Positions 22,249 to 34,617 of a stretch of 40,623 nucleotides of DNA are shown one piece after another. Under the pieces are notes generated by a model. It was not told where the DNA came from. It was given only the letters and a program-made list of their open reading frames with translations, and did no database searches. The stretch comes from Octopus sinensis (Eukaryota), in the NCBI RefSeq assembly GCF_006345805.1, contig NW_021835403.1:1-40623 (forward strand), read 5' to 3'. Position numbers and translations under genes: made by a program. Position 1 is the stretch's first letter, and each line of letters starts with the position of its first letter.

Positions 22249-24095
22249 AAAGTTAGACTGATATGCCCATCCATACTGGATATAGGTAGGATTAGCAAAA
22301 CTACTAGCGATAACGTAATACCAATTCTTAAGTCTAAAATTAGCCTATCACTGTGGATGCAATCTGGTGCATTAAAGAACTAGAGATAAACAAAAGTAGT
22401 AAATTTATACAACTAGATATAGCTAGCTATTACTCAACTATTTATCCCATTCTTTTAAATAAAGACGTAATTAATGGTAAATGGAATTTCGATCTAGATC
22501 AAAGATAGAAATTATATAAGCCGCGTGAGGGAATATAGTAGATTTCGATGGGTGACTTTGGAATAGATCAGATAGGGGAGATTTTTTCGCTAGAGCAATG
22601 GGATCTAGTGACTCTGCACAAGTCACTGATCTAGTTGGAGTATACATCCTATCTCAAATCAATTTTGGTTTCCTAGTATGGGGGGTGGTCTATATAGGGA
22701 CGACGTTCTCTTTATACTAGACCGATGGAGCAAAGTAGAAATGGAGTGAAATAGAAAACTACTTTTTCAAATTCTTCAGAAAGTTTGGATTATCTATTAC
22801 TATTGAAAATAATTACCGTAAGGTAAATTTTTCTAAACTTTTAGTTTCAACACAGTATTAATTGAGACGTTCCGCAAGCTAAGTGAGAACTTGAGGTACA
22901 TTAATGTACAGTCTCAACAGCCACCTTCTGTAACAAAATGACTAATCAAAACATATCTCAGAATATCAAGATTTTAGCGAATGAAACAGTTTTTTAACGC
23001 ACCGTATTTTAACGTACCGTATTATAATGCTACATTAGCTACGGCCGGATATACGGGAAAAAAATCAGATATATGTACGAGAATAATATAGTTAATTCTA
23101 ATAGCTATGGTCCTAAGCGAACCGAACACCACACAAAGACACACAATTGTAAATACCGTATCGAGGAAGACGGTCGGAATAAACTACAAATAAGAAATAA
23201 GAACACTAAAAATAAATTAAGAACTGAGAATAAGGAACACCAAAATATAAGGTTTAAATAAAACCCATTACATAGAGACCCTTCCACAACGCACATTAAC
23301 AACGATAAACCGAACAAAAAATATAGCACATGGTATGTTCTGTGGTACAATCCTATCTACAAATTACAGATATCATCTAAGATTGCTAAGGAACTCTTAA
23401 CAGCATTGGATAAATGTTTTCCAAAATTCAATAGATACCACTAGATTTTCAACAGGCACACAGTGAAGCTATCATATGTATATTCCACCAACCATGAATA
23501 CTATATACATAAAATTAATTATAAGAAATTAAACAAGAAGATAAATAGCACAGTTAGAAAAGGAACAATAAAGGATAATTTATCTACTAAGGACTCTGAT
23601 AATAAAGAAGAAACAAGTTAAGCACTTTCCAATAATAAAAATTGATAGTATAAGCAAATATGGAGAAAATAGCGCCGGCAGTGAATATGGTGAAAATTCG
23701 AACACTAATAATACTCATTACAACAAGCAATGAACTTAACGAAAGCCAATTAGGACCACATAATAAAAGAAAAAAATGAGGGAAGACATACTACGCATGG
23801 AAGAAAAAAGAATTACGCAAAAAGTAAATAGAGTACTACAGGACAGTTGTACATTCAGGGACGAAAGAATATGTCCGTTATAAAACCACTGTATGCGTCG
23901 TAACATAACATACAAATACACAGTGAGTACAAGAGGAAACACATATGTGTATATAGGGGTATCTGCGGATTTGTTAAAAACTCCATGTGGCAACCATGTT
24001 TACAGTTTCAACAGAATTGATAAGAGGCATTCTACCTCCCTAGCAGACTTTATATGGTGAGTAAAAGAGGATGGAATAAAATACAATATTGCTTG
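22249..24095 (+). mobile_element. Penelope-like element remnant: RT, linker and GIY-YIG endonuclease
   Basis: KVRLICPSILDIGRISK (22249); FIQLDIASYYSTI; AMGSSDSAQVTDLVGVYIL; GLYRDD (YRDD 22693-22704); YINVQSQQPPS; WYNP...IFNRHTVKLSY; CTFRDERICPL*NHC..NITY...YVYIG (YIG 23950-23958)...STSLADFIW. Many stops and frameshifts. Confidence 0.9.
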
Positions 24096-24114
24096 TATAA
24101 AGAATGTACACTTC

Positions 24115-24470
24115 TACGATACTTTATTAAGGAGTTTAGGCACTTTTACTTCGTCACGAATTTCTTTTATGATCAAGTATGACTTTAATTGAACTGTATT
24201 GTTAATTCTCTTACAGCTTGTATTGAATTTTCGTCGACTATTGTTTTCAGAAACTGAGTAATGATAGACTTGGTCTTCTAGATTGAGGGAAATATGTGAG
24301 ACACTCATTTCTCAAGTGAAGGTGGTTAAACCACCATTGGCATGTCCGGACACTAAAATCTTCATTTCCATAGACAGAACGAATATTTCTTGCTGCTTTC
24401 ATTGCTGCAGGGCTCTTTTTGAATTCATGAAGCATGCAATATCTGATAGGTCTCTGATCTAGGTTCATTT
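24115..24470 (-). mobile_element. mariner transposase N-terminal (HTH) remnant
   Basis: IRYCMLHEFKKSPAAMKAARNIRSVYGNEDFSVRTCQWWF...SRRP (ORF 24247-24468). Confidence 0.85.
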
Positions 24471-24779
24471 CAAAAGGGGAAAAATCAAGACGGATTTAAC
24501 CGCTACGGTATAAACTAATCTGCAGAGAAAGAAAGACAATATTATAATCTAAAAATTAATTCTTACTTAAAGCATCAGTGTTTAAACCGCTCTCTCACTA
24601 AGTGATTATACCAAAAATGAGTTAGGACTTTTTTTTCCAAACTTTTTTTTCCAAACTTTTTTTTCCATACAAAAATTGTGAATACGTGGGTAATGCAGAC
24701 CTCCAGACACAAGAAGGACACCAACCAAGAAACCTTATACATGCAGAAATACTCTGACCACGAAGGACATGAGGCCTTA

Positions 24780-24942
24780 CAATAATAATAATAATAATAA
24801 GAAGAAGAAGAAGAAGAAGAAGAAGAAAAAGAAGAAAAAGAAAAAGAAGAAAAAGAAAAAAGAAGAAAAAGAAAAAGGAAGAAAACGAAAAAGAAGAAGA
24901 AGAAAAAGAAAGAAGAAGAAGAAGAAGAAGAAGAAGAAGAGT
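24780..24942. repeat. (AAT)n followed by a long polypurine (AAG/AAAAAG) tract
   Basis: Direct reading. Confidence 0.95.
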
Positions 24943-25257
24943 TTATTATCATATAACAAGGAACTATTTTCTACTAAAACATCAGACTTGAGCCATCATC
25001 CACTTTCTGTTTGATATTTCTGTCTTTTTCCCTTTGTTTTTTTTTTTTTATTAATATTTTTACTTTTTATTTTGCTTAATTTTCAACATCGATAGCGAAA
25101 TAAACCTTGTAACCCAGCAGTCTTGTACCGAATACCCTTTCGTATTGTCAAATATAAAACAACAACAAAAACAATTTAAAAAAAGGCAAAATAGAAAAGA
25201 AAAAAGAAAATAATATAAGACACGAACCCTACCGCAACTAACAGCTCTCCTTACCAC

Positions 25258-25760
25258 AGCTAATAGCACCACCAACGACAACAACACCATCACCATCACC
25301 ACCACTACCACCACCACCACTTCTACAAGCATCATCACCACTACCACCACCACCACCATCACCACCGTCACCATCTCCACTATCATCACCACAACCGTCA
25401 CCAGCATCATCACCACTAACACCACCACCATCATCACCATCTCCACCACCACCACCACCACCACCACCACCACTACCACCACCATCACCATCATCATCAC
25501 CACCACCACCACCACCAGCATCACCATCTCCACCACCACCATCACCAGCATCATCACTAACACCACCACCATCATCATCACCATCTCCACCACCACCACC
25601 ATCTTCACCACCACTACCACCACTATCACCATCACCATCTCCATCACCACCCACCACCACCACCACCACCACCACCACCACCACCACCACCACCACTACC
25701 ACCAACACCACCACCACTTCACGCATACACTCAATTTACCACTCGACATCATCAACACCA
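25258..25760. repeat. (CAC)/(CAT) compound trinucleotide tract
   Basis: Direct reading. Confidence 0.95.
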
Positions 25761-26059
25761 CCATCGTATTATCTGTGAATTGAAGCATACAACATCGCCA
25801 TCGCCATCAGTGTTAAATGCGACCAACAAGAAAAGTAACAACAACAAAACGACGACCAACAACAACAACAACAAAACATCAACGACGACAGCAACTGTAA
25901 TAGCAATAATATTTTGCTCTGCTTTAGCTAAACAGCTGCCAGTCTCTGACAATATTCCTTGAAAACCCGACATTTTTTTTTGCTCTGTTCTTACTTTTAA
26001 GGATCAAGTAAGAGCACAGATTCTGTCATGTCGAGTCCGCATAAATGCGTACGTGAACG

Positions 26060-26084
26060 TGTGTGTGTGTGCGTCTGTGTTTGT

Positions 26085-26137
<53 letters not shown>

Positions 26138-26357
26138 CGTGCATGATCGAGCTTGGTAATATGTTCTCTGTGTGTGTGTGTGTGTGTGTGGTGTGTGTGT
26201 GTGTGCGCGGCGGTGTGTGTGTGTGTGTGTGAGCGTGCATGATCGAGCTTGGTAATATGTTCTGTGTGTGTGTGTGTGTGTTGTGTGTGTGGTGTGGTGT
26301 GCGCGTGTGTGTGTGTGTGTGTGAGCGTGCATGATCGAGCTTGGTAATATGTTCTGT

Positions 26358-26396
<39 letters not shown>

Positions 26397-26883
26397 TGTG
26401 TTTCTGTATGTGCCTGTGATTGCGGCTTTGTATGTATGTGTGGATGTGTGTGTATATGTTTACGTGCATAGATGTGCGTGTGTGGTGTGTGTGTGCGTGA
26501 TCGAGCGTGTGTGGTATATGTCCTATGTGTGGCGCGTGCGTGTGTGTGTGTGTGTGTGTGTAGTGTGTTTCTGTATGTGCTCGTGATTGTTTGTGGTTTT
26601 GCCTGTATGTATGTATGTGTGAATGTGTGAGCGTGCGTGCGCGCACGTGTGTGCGTATGTATACGTGCATAGATGTGTGCGCGCGTGGTCTAGCGTGTGT
26701 GGTATATGTTCTATGTAAGGCGTGTGTATACGTGCATAGATGTGTGTGTGTGTATGTGCGTGCGTGATAGAGCGTGTGTGGTATATGTTCTATGTGTGGC
26801 GTGTATGTGTGTGTGTGGTGTGCTTCTATATATCTTTGTAATTGCTTGTATTTTTGTGTGCATGTTTGTGTGAATGTGTGTGA

Positions 26884-26940
<57 letters not shown>
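26060..26940 (+). repeat. Composite minisatellite: 33-bp unit interleaved with (TG)n
   Basis: GAGCGTGCATGATCGAGCTTGGTAATATGTTCT exact at 26135, 26231 and 26323; degenerate variants near 26495, 26685 and 26762. Confidence 0.9.
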
Positions 26941-26942
<2 letters not shown>

Positions 26943-27040
26943 TGTGATGTTGTTCTGCATATAAGTCTTTCTTGGACTATCATTCCTTAATGTCTGTACG
27001 ATTTTCCTGAAACTAAACACATACACATAGAATTCATACA

Positions 27041-27201
27041 GATGCACGGCTGTGTGGTAAGTACTTGCTTACCAACCACATGGTTCCGGGTTCAGTCCCA
27101 CTGCGGCGTGCACCTTGGGCAAGTGTTCTCTACTATGTATCAATCGGCCGACTAAAGCTTGTGAGTGGATCTGGTAGACGGAAAACTGAAAATCCCGTCG
27201 T

Positions 27202-27263
<62 letters not shown>

Positions 27264-27486
27264 TGTGTGTGTGTGTGTGTTTGCCCCCCCCCCCATTGCG
27301 CTTGACAACCGATGCTGGCGTGTTACATACATCCCGTAACTAGCGGTTCGGCAAAGAGACCGATGTATAAGTTACTAGTCTTCCAAAGAATAAATCCTGG
27401 GGTCGATTTGCGCAACTACAGTCGGTGCTCCACCATGGCCACAGTCAAATGCCCGAAACAAGTAAAAGAGTAAAAGAATAAAAGAG
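27041..27486 (+). mobile_element. SINE family A, full length, diverged
   Basis: Head, (TA)n/(TG)n and tail. Confidence 0.9.
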
Positions 27487-27547
27487 ATCAGAAAAATTCA
27501 CAGAAAGGACCGCCGCGAAAACCCAACGAACTTGCACACGTATATAT

Positions 27548-27742
27548 CTTTTATCTTTTACTTGGCATAGTCATTAGACTGCGGCCATGCTGGGGTATGA
27601 CTTGAAGAATTTTAGTCGAAGCCTTGTAATTATTTTATCGATCCCTTTTGCCGAACCGCTATGATACGGAGACGTAAACATACCAACACCGCTTGTCAAG
27701 CAATTGTGGGGGGAAGACACTGACACAAACACAAGCACACAC
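27548..27742 (-). mobile_element. SINE family A-related, older 3' half
   Basis: gactgcggccatgctgg...tttgccgaaccgct...cttgtcaagc. Confidence 0.8.
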
Positions 27743-27909
27743 AAATATATATATATATATATATATAATATATATTACGGAGATGTACTCGCATAGCAAG
27801 TGATTTGATGTGAAATCGTATGCTAGAACGAAAACAATTGCAGCGTAGAAGGTAAGCCATTTAAGAAACACACAAAAGCCGTTCGATTCATTTCAACATT
27901 TAAGTTTAA

Positions 27910-27960
27910 TTTGTCAAAATATTTTCGTCGCCTTAAGACCGCGACCTGTTCACTGACAAA
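27910..27960 (-). ncRNA. Variant minimal hammerhead ribozyme with G3-C8 core swap, family E
   Basis: UUUGUCA-GUGAACA-G-GUCGC(ggucuuaag)GCGAC-GAA-AAUAUU-U-UGACAAA: 7-bp stem I, 5-bp stem II, palindromic helix III. Confidence 0.7.
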
Positions 27961-28026
27961 AATCCGTGCTGTATCTGAGAAAGTAACTGACGAACTAACT
28001 GGTACTTCTCAGATGCAGCACGGATT

Positions 28027-28074
28027 TTTGTCATTGAACAGGTCGCGGCCTTCAGGCGCGAAATTATTTGACAA
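28027..28074 (+). ncRNA. Degenerate family-E hammerhead copy
   Basis: Core UUGAACA, stem II deletion, helix III AUUAUU; probably inactive. Confidence 0.4.
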
Positions 28075-28185
28075 TTAAAACTTAAATGTTGAAGTGAATC
28101 GAACGCTTTTGTGTGTTTCTTAAATGGCTTACAAACACCTTCCACGGTGCAATTATTTATATATATATATATATATAGATATATA

Positions 28186-28570
28186 ACTCTTTTTGCTCTT
28201 TACTCTTTTGCTTGTTTCAGTTATTTGACATCCTGCCATGCTGGAGCACCGCCTTTAGTCGAGCAAATCGACCCCGGAACTTATTCTTTGTAACCCCAGT
28301 ACTTATTCTACGTCTCTTTTTGCCGAACCGCTAGTACGGTGACGTAAAACACAGCATCGGTTGTCAAGCATGCTAGGGGACAAACCACCCCCACACTTAT
28401 ATTATATATATACACATATACGATAGGCTTCTTTCAGTTCCGTCTACCAAATCCACTCACAACTTGGTCGGACCGAGGCTATAGCAAGAAGACACTTGCC
28501 CATATGCACGCAGTGGGACTGAACCCGGAACCATGTGGTTGCTTAGCAACTACTTACCACACATCCACAC
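28186..28570 (-). mobile_element. SINE family A, full length with many small deletions
   Basis: Tail, body and head recognisable. Confidence 0.88.
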
Positions 28571-28574
28571 CTAC

Positions 28575-29400
28575 CTATATACATACATACACACATACAT
28601 ACATACATACATACATACATACTGCATACATACATGCTACATACATACATACATACATACATACATGCATACATACATACATGCATACATCATACATACA
28701 TACATACATACATACATACATACATAAACACACAAATACATACATACATACATACATACATACATACATACATACATACATGCATACATACATACATACA
28801 TGCATACATACATACATACATACATACATACATACATACACACACATACATACATACTACATACATACATACATCACACATTCATACACATACATACATA
28901 CATACATACACACACATACATAAATACATACATACATACATACATACATACATACATACATACATACATACACACATTCATACAATACATACATACATAC
29001 ATACCACACACACATACATAAATACAACATACATACATACATACATCACACCACATACATACATACATACATACACACACATACATACATGCATACATAC
29101 ATACATACATACATACCTACATACACACATTCATCATACATACATACTACAATACATAACATCATACACACTACATACATACATATACATGACAATACAT
29201 ACATACATGCATGCATACATACATACATATACATACATACTACATACATACATACACACATACATACACATACAGTACATACATAATACATACATACATA
29301 CATACACACATACATACGTACATGCATGCATACACATACATACACACATACATACATACGTACATGCATGCATGCCTAGGCACACACACACATACACTGA
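28575..29400. repeat. Degenerate (ATAC)n tract
   Basis: Direct reading. Confidence 0.95.
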
Positions 29401-29744
29401 CCCACACACATGCGCACAAACACACAAAAAGGAACGCAGAGTAAATAACGTCTGTCGCACGACACGCATTCGTAAACTCCGATTCATCGTCCTTCAAATA
29501 CTTTTGTAGCTCTTTGAGTACTTGTGGCTAATAAACAAGTTAATAAAACGTTTCTTGTATAGGCGCAAGGGCTTAAAATTTGTGGAAGAGTGTGTGTGTC
29601 TGTACTATATCATGTATTGAGCACAATTTGTTTTGTAAACAAATGACTGGCTTCACTTTAGTGCGGACTGTGATGAAGCGAAAAGCATACATATATATAA
29701 TATATGTATATAGGTATGTAAGTATCAATCCTTCTCTGTCTGTC

Positions 29745-29783
<39 letters not shown>

Positions 29784-29788
29784 CTCTC

Positions 29789-29854
<66 letters not shown>

Positions 29855-29858
<4 letters not shown>

Positions 29859-30035
29859 AAAACAGATAACAAAGCCAAGGTTATTAGGAGTTTTCAGGAC
29901 ATTTATAAGGAAAGAGATATAGTCTTACAGCTGTTTCTGGGATATTATGGATATCCCTTCATCAGAGACGATATGTGAGAGATAAATGCTTGAGTTCGAA
30001 ATAAGGAATTATTATGGAAAAAGAGGATATCTATT
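29855..30035 (-). mobile_element. Family G PLE-like non-coding repeat (HHR-bearing)
   Basis: Single copy abutting (TA)n on its 3' side; contains a complete minimal HHR; boundaries approximate. Confidence 0.6.
29922..29969 (-). ncRNA. Minimal type-I hammerhead ribozyme, family G
   Basis: GUCU-CUGAUGA-A-GGGAUAU(ccaua)AUAUCCC-A-GAA-ACAGCUGU-A-AGAC. Confidence 0.8.
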
Positions 30036-30208
30036 TACATATCACTAACGGTCTCGTCTCGAGCCCGTCTCGTTTTGTTCCGAACAAGTTTCATGTCGGT
30101 GCCTCTAGAGTGGAATCAATATTATCGATAATGACTTAAATTGCGTTTCGCCCTCTGACAGATTCTGATGAAGAATTGGTGAACTTCTGTGTCTTCTGTT
30201 CGCCTGTG

Positions 30209-31105
30209 TATTTAGTTTACGTTGTTTCACATGAAATGTCGTATTTGAAAGGTAACAATAAAATGTTTCGGAAGTGTTAGAGAAGTGTGATCCATGTTCA
30301 TTTATGACGTTTATCCAACGTTTCTCTATGTCATATATTCCATATTTAAAAAAAAAATTCATCTTTTGCTGTGATAAACTATCCGAATGCTTCAATTGCC
30401 TCTTCTCTATTTTAGAATGTTTTATTGCTTAGGAAAAGCTCAAAATGCTTAAATAAGTGACGATCAGTTGGAGAGATATCAAGGGAGTAGGGAAGATGTT
30501 GCAAAATCTCATAATTCACTCTTTGCAACTTTTGGACCGTATCTTGACGAGTGTGAGGACGTGCATTGTCGTGAAGCAAAATTGGGCCATCTCTATTCAC
30601 TAGTCTGGGTTGCTGCTTTTCCAAATTCTCATGCATACAATCAATTTCCTGGCAATACGATGTCGCTGTTTACCGTTTTTCTTTGTTGCAAAAATGAATA
30701 ATGAATAACCTCCTTCTCAAACCACTATACAGTGACCACTAACTTTTTAGGATGCAATGGTGGGTTTATTATTTTGGCCTATCCCTTGGTTTATTTTCAA
30801 GGTTATCATCTCCTGAACGAGAGCTTTGCAACCATTTCTGAACAGTTCTGATATCAATAAAACAATTACCAAAGGCCCGCTTCTACGGCAGAGTGACCCA
30901 GTTTGTACTCATGCGAGAAAATCCCTCAACACAGTTTGGTTAAAATCACTCAACACAGTTTCATAAAGTCTGTGGGTACGAATTATGTATACCAATATTG
31001 TTGGGAAAGAAAAAGAGTCAAAGTTAAATGCAAGGGTATACATAATTGAGTTTTAAATGACTGAAATATCAATGCGATATTTCATGTGAAACAACTTAAT
31101 TTATT
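30209..31105 (-). mobile_element. Internally deleted mariner element with TIRs
   Basis: Perfect 17-bp inverted GTTGTTTCACATGAAAT (30221-30237 / 31079-31095); LLHDNARPH...HLPYSLDISPTDRHLF; KPPLHPKK..V; QKWLQSSRSGDDNLE. Confidence 0.9.
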
Positions 31106-31133
31106 ATAGGTGTCATATTTTTCCGTTTGTTGT

Positions 31134-31194
<61 letters not shown>

Positions 31195-31446
31195 TATATG
31201 GAGAAAAAGTCAAGGCAGAAAATGGTAAAATAATTTTCTAAAGAACATTTCAGTACCCACTTCAGTCATTGAGACTTTTTCAACTGTAAGTATGGAAAAC
31301 AATAAAATTTTGGAAAATTAAAAGAAATTTTTTTTAAAAGAATATTTGCATAGTGTTCAAATACAAGAGATATTTTCCTTGTTTATTTCTGTTTCTGTCT
31401 CTCTTGTTTACTCTTGTGGGTTCGAGGTCGTTCTGAATTCTTGATA

Positions 31447-31555
31447 GGGAAGAAGAAGAAGAAGAAGAAGAAGAAGAAGAAGAAGAAGAAGCGAAGAAGA
31501 AGGGGGAGGAGAAGGAGGAGGAGAAGGAGGAGAAGAAGATAGATAGAAAATATCT

Positions 31556-31588
<33 letters not shown>

Positions 31589-31590
31589 AA
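31447..31590. repeat. (AAG)n/(AGG)n/(AGAT)n microsatellites
   Basis: Direct reading. Confidence 0.9.
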
Positions 31591-32090
31591 TGGTTTTTCC
31601 ACTTCAATAACTGAATGTTTAAAAATCAATGAAAACACCTAATGATTTCTAAGCATCTAATTATTAAAGTGGAAAACGTACCACAAAAGCCATTTCTATT
31701 CACTTTTTGAAATATATAATACTATTCCGAACATCTCCTATATACATACATACATACAAACATATATGAGTGCGTGTGTGTGTGTGTGTGTGTGTGTGTA
31801 TGTAAGTGTTTGTGATTGTGTTGGCGCACGTTTGTGACCTCTAGAAATAATGTTTTTCGTTTGAAAGTTCACGCGGACAAGGAAACTAGTGTACGCCAAA
31901 AAGCTATCGGTGCGGAGATGTGCGCATGCGCAAAATTAAGAAAGGATTTCTGTATTTGTGTTGACGAGTCTATCGAAGCAACAAGGGGGTTAAGTGAGAT
32001 GTGATATGTTACCTCTCACTCGAATGCCCTTTCTTTCCAGCTCCTGCTATTAAAACGCGTGTGTAAATTGATGACTGAACCATGTGGGAC

Positions 32091-32128
<38 letters not shown>

Positions 32129-32454
32129 ACACACGCACACACGCACACACGCACACACACACAAACACACACACATACACGCACACATACACGCACATAC
32201 ATGCACAAACGCACACACAAGCATACACACACGTACTCACACAAACACAAACGCAGGTGCACATACATACATATACATAGATACATTTACACACACACAC
32301 ACTCAGTCACACTAACACATATACATACATATACACACACTCGCACCTCAGTCCTACACGTCATATAATATACCAAGTCACCACCTGATTGTATTTTATT
32401 CCATCACACACAATTGTCGTTTTTTCTCCGAGCTTTTACGAGCTGTGGCCATCG

Positions 32455-32700
32455 GACTGCGGCCATGCTACAACCATCTTAGCGAGATGAATTCGAACAA
32501 ATCGAATACAGTACTAATATTTTTTTTTTCTTCTTTTAAGTTTTGCCCCTATTCTATCTATCGCTTTGCTCACTTTCGAGCTACGGGCTCGTAAAGGATC
32601 CAGCACCGTTTGTCAACAAGTGAGAGGTGGTGACACAGACGCACATAGACAGACAGTCACACACACACACACACACACCACACACACACACACACACACG
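32455..32700 (-). mobile_element. Very old SINE-A-related 3' half
   Basis: gactgcggccatgct...aacaaatcga...cagcaccgtttgtcaa...gacacagac. Confidence 0.5.
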
Positions 32701-32737
32701 TTGTTGAAAAGGAGCTATTCGTTTATTCCTTTATTTG

Positions 32738-32797
32738 ATTCAGTCATTTGACTGTGGCCATGCTGGAGCACCGCCTTTAGTCGAGCAAATCGACCCC
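32738..32797 (-). mobile_element. SINE family A terminal 60 bp fused to (ATAC)n
   Basis: tcagtcatttgactgtggccatgctggagcaccgcctttagtcgagcaaatcgacccc. Confidence 0.85.
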
Positions 32798-32870
32798 ATA
32801 CATACATACATACATACATACATACATACATACATACATACATACACACATACACACATACATACATACA

Positions 32871-32904
<34 letters not shown>

Positions 32905-33153
32905 CTTACATACATACATACATACACACATACATACATACATACACACATACACACATACACACATACATACATACATAATTACATACATACATACACA
33001 CATATACACACACACATACATACATACATAATTACACACATACATACATACACACACATACATACATACATAATTACATACATACATACATACACACATA
33101 TACATACATACATACATACATACATACATACATACATACATACATACATACAT
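32798..33153. repeat. (ATAC)/(AC) microsatellite
   Basis: Direct reading. Confidence 0.95.
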
Positions 33154-33609
33154 AGCTGCAACTCAATTTCTAGCGATGCTATCACTTGATTACTCAATAA
33201 AAGCAACACGAATGTTCAGTTCAGCAAGAGACCTACACTCTTTTGCGCAGAAGTAGTAACGATGGGCGCCTCTTACAGCAGGTGTTAGTTACTAGCCACG
33301 TTGACACATGCCTTCAATCCCTTGTGGTGTTTTTTGCCCGTTTTTTATTTTTTGTTGAGTACGGCCAGCCATAGTATGTAACATATAATAGAGACAATAA
33401 AAATTAAGGAAATGCCCTGGACTTAAGTTTTTAAAGTTGGGTAAGCCTTTAGAGAGGGCCTATCCTATTCTCTGCACAACATATGCTTTTGCCGAGAAAG
33501 ATGTAGAGAATTAGCCTAAGATATTCGATGCAAACGAAGTTGTAGTTTTTGCACCAAATGTTTCTTTCTTTTAGAGAGATATGGTCATGGTACTTGTAGC
33601 AGTGGTGGT

Positions 33610-33850
33610 TGTAATGGTGGTGATAGTAGTAGTAGTAGTAGTATTAGTAGTAGTATAGTAGTAGTAGTAGTGGTAGTAGTGGTGGTGGTGGTAGTAGTAG
33701 TAGTAGTAGTTGTTGTTGTTATTGTAGTATTGGTGTTGGTGGTGATGGTGGTGGTGGTAGTCTAGATTGTATTATAGGTGGTGGAAGTGGTAGTGGTAGT
33801 GGTAATGGTGTTGGAGCTGCTACTACTGATGCTGATGTTGCTGATGATGT
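33610..33850. repeat. (GTA)/(GGT)/(GTT) trinucleotide tract
   Basis: Direct reading. Confidence 0.9.
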
Positions 33851-34133
33851 CAGTGAATAGAGCAAGCAGTGAGGGTAGCACCAGGTCTGACTTTGACTGG
33901 CTCTGAAGAGGCTTTGTAGGGTCACTGATCACACCTTAAAAATACACTTCACAGCCCCTATATAAACACCAGGGTCCTACGAAACGGTGGTGGTGGTCTC
34001 CCCAACCACAACTCTACCTACTCCATACCCACGGGAACAATTCCACTCTCATACGTTCTACAAACAATAATATACCCTCAAAACACACAAATAGGTATGA
34101 ATGTATACATGTGTACATTCACCCCGCCCCACA

Positions 34134-34134
<1 letters not shown>

Positions 34135-34215
<81 letters not shown>

Positions 34216-34255
34216 GTCTATCTATCTACCTATCTATTTATCTATATAGCTCTCC

Positions 34256-34291
<36 letters not shown>

Positions 34292-34348
34292 ATATATATA
34301 TATACACACACACACACATAAACATATATATTCACGCACACACACATA

Positions 34349-34417
<69 letters not shown>

Positions 34418-34427
34418 ATACATATAT

Positions 34428-34483
<56 letters not shown>

Positions 34484-34586
34484 ATTCATATATATATTTG
34501 CATACATATATATACATATATTTATACATGCACACATACCTATGTATATATACAGATACACATGTGTATATACATATATATATATA

Positions 34587-34617
<31 letters not shown>

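Larger units (their letters stand above)
27777..28154. mobile_element. Family E PLE-like non-coding repeat as a fold-back (arms about 150 bp)
   Basis: Arms 27836-27985 and 28003-28154 are near-complementary, with a 17-bp spacer; flanked by (TA)n. Confidence 0.85.

Noticed and set aside
26135-26355. CRISPR-like array (33-bp repeats with ~60-bp spacers)
   Set aside because: Spacers are (TG)n, there are no cas genes, and the context is eukaryotic.
28504-29509. Long HTYI/MYVC-type ORFs (also 3768-4408, 17918-18444, 32735-33209, 34101-34782)
   Set aside because: Translations of (ATAC)/(TA)/(TG) microsatellites.
30145-30175. GTTTCG and CTGATGAAG close together
   Set aside because: The two half-cores are on opposite strands and no stems form.
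33955-33970. TATATAAA TATA-box-like motif
   Set aside because: Common in AT-rich DNA; no downstream gene evidence.
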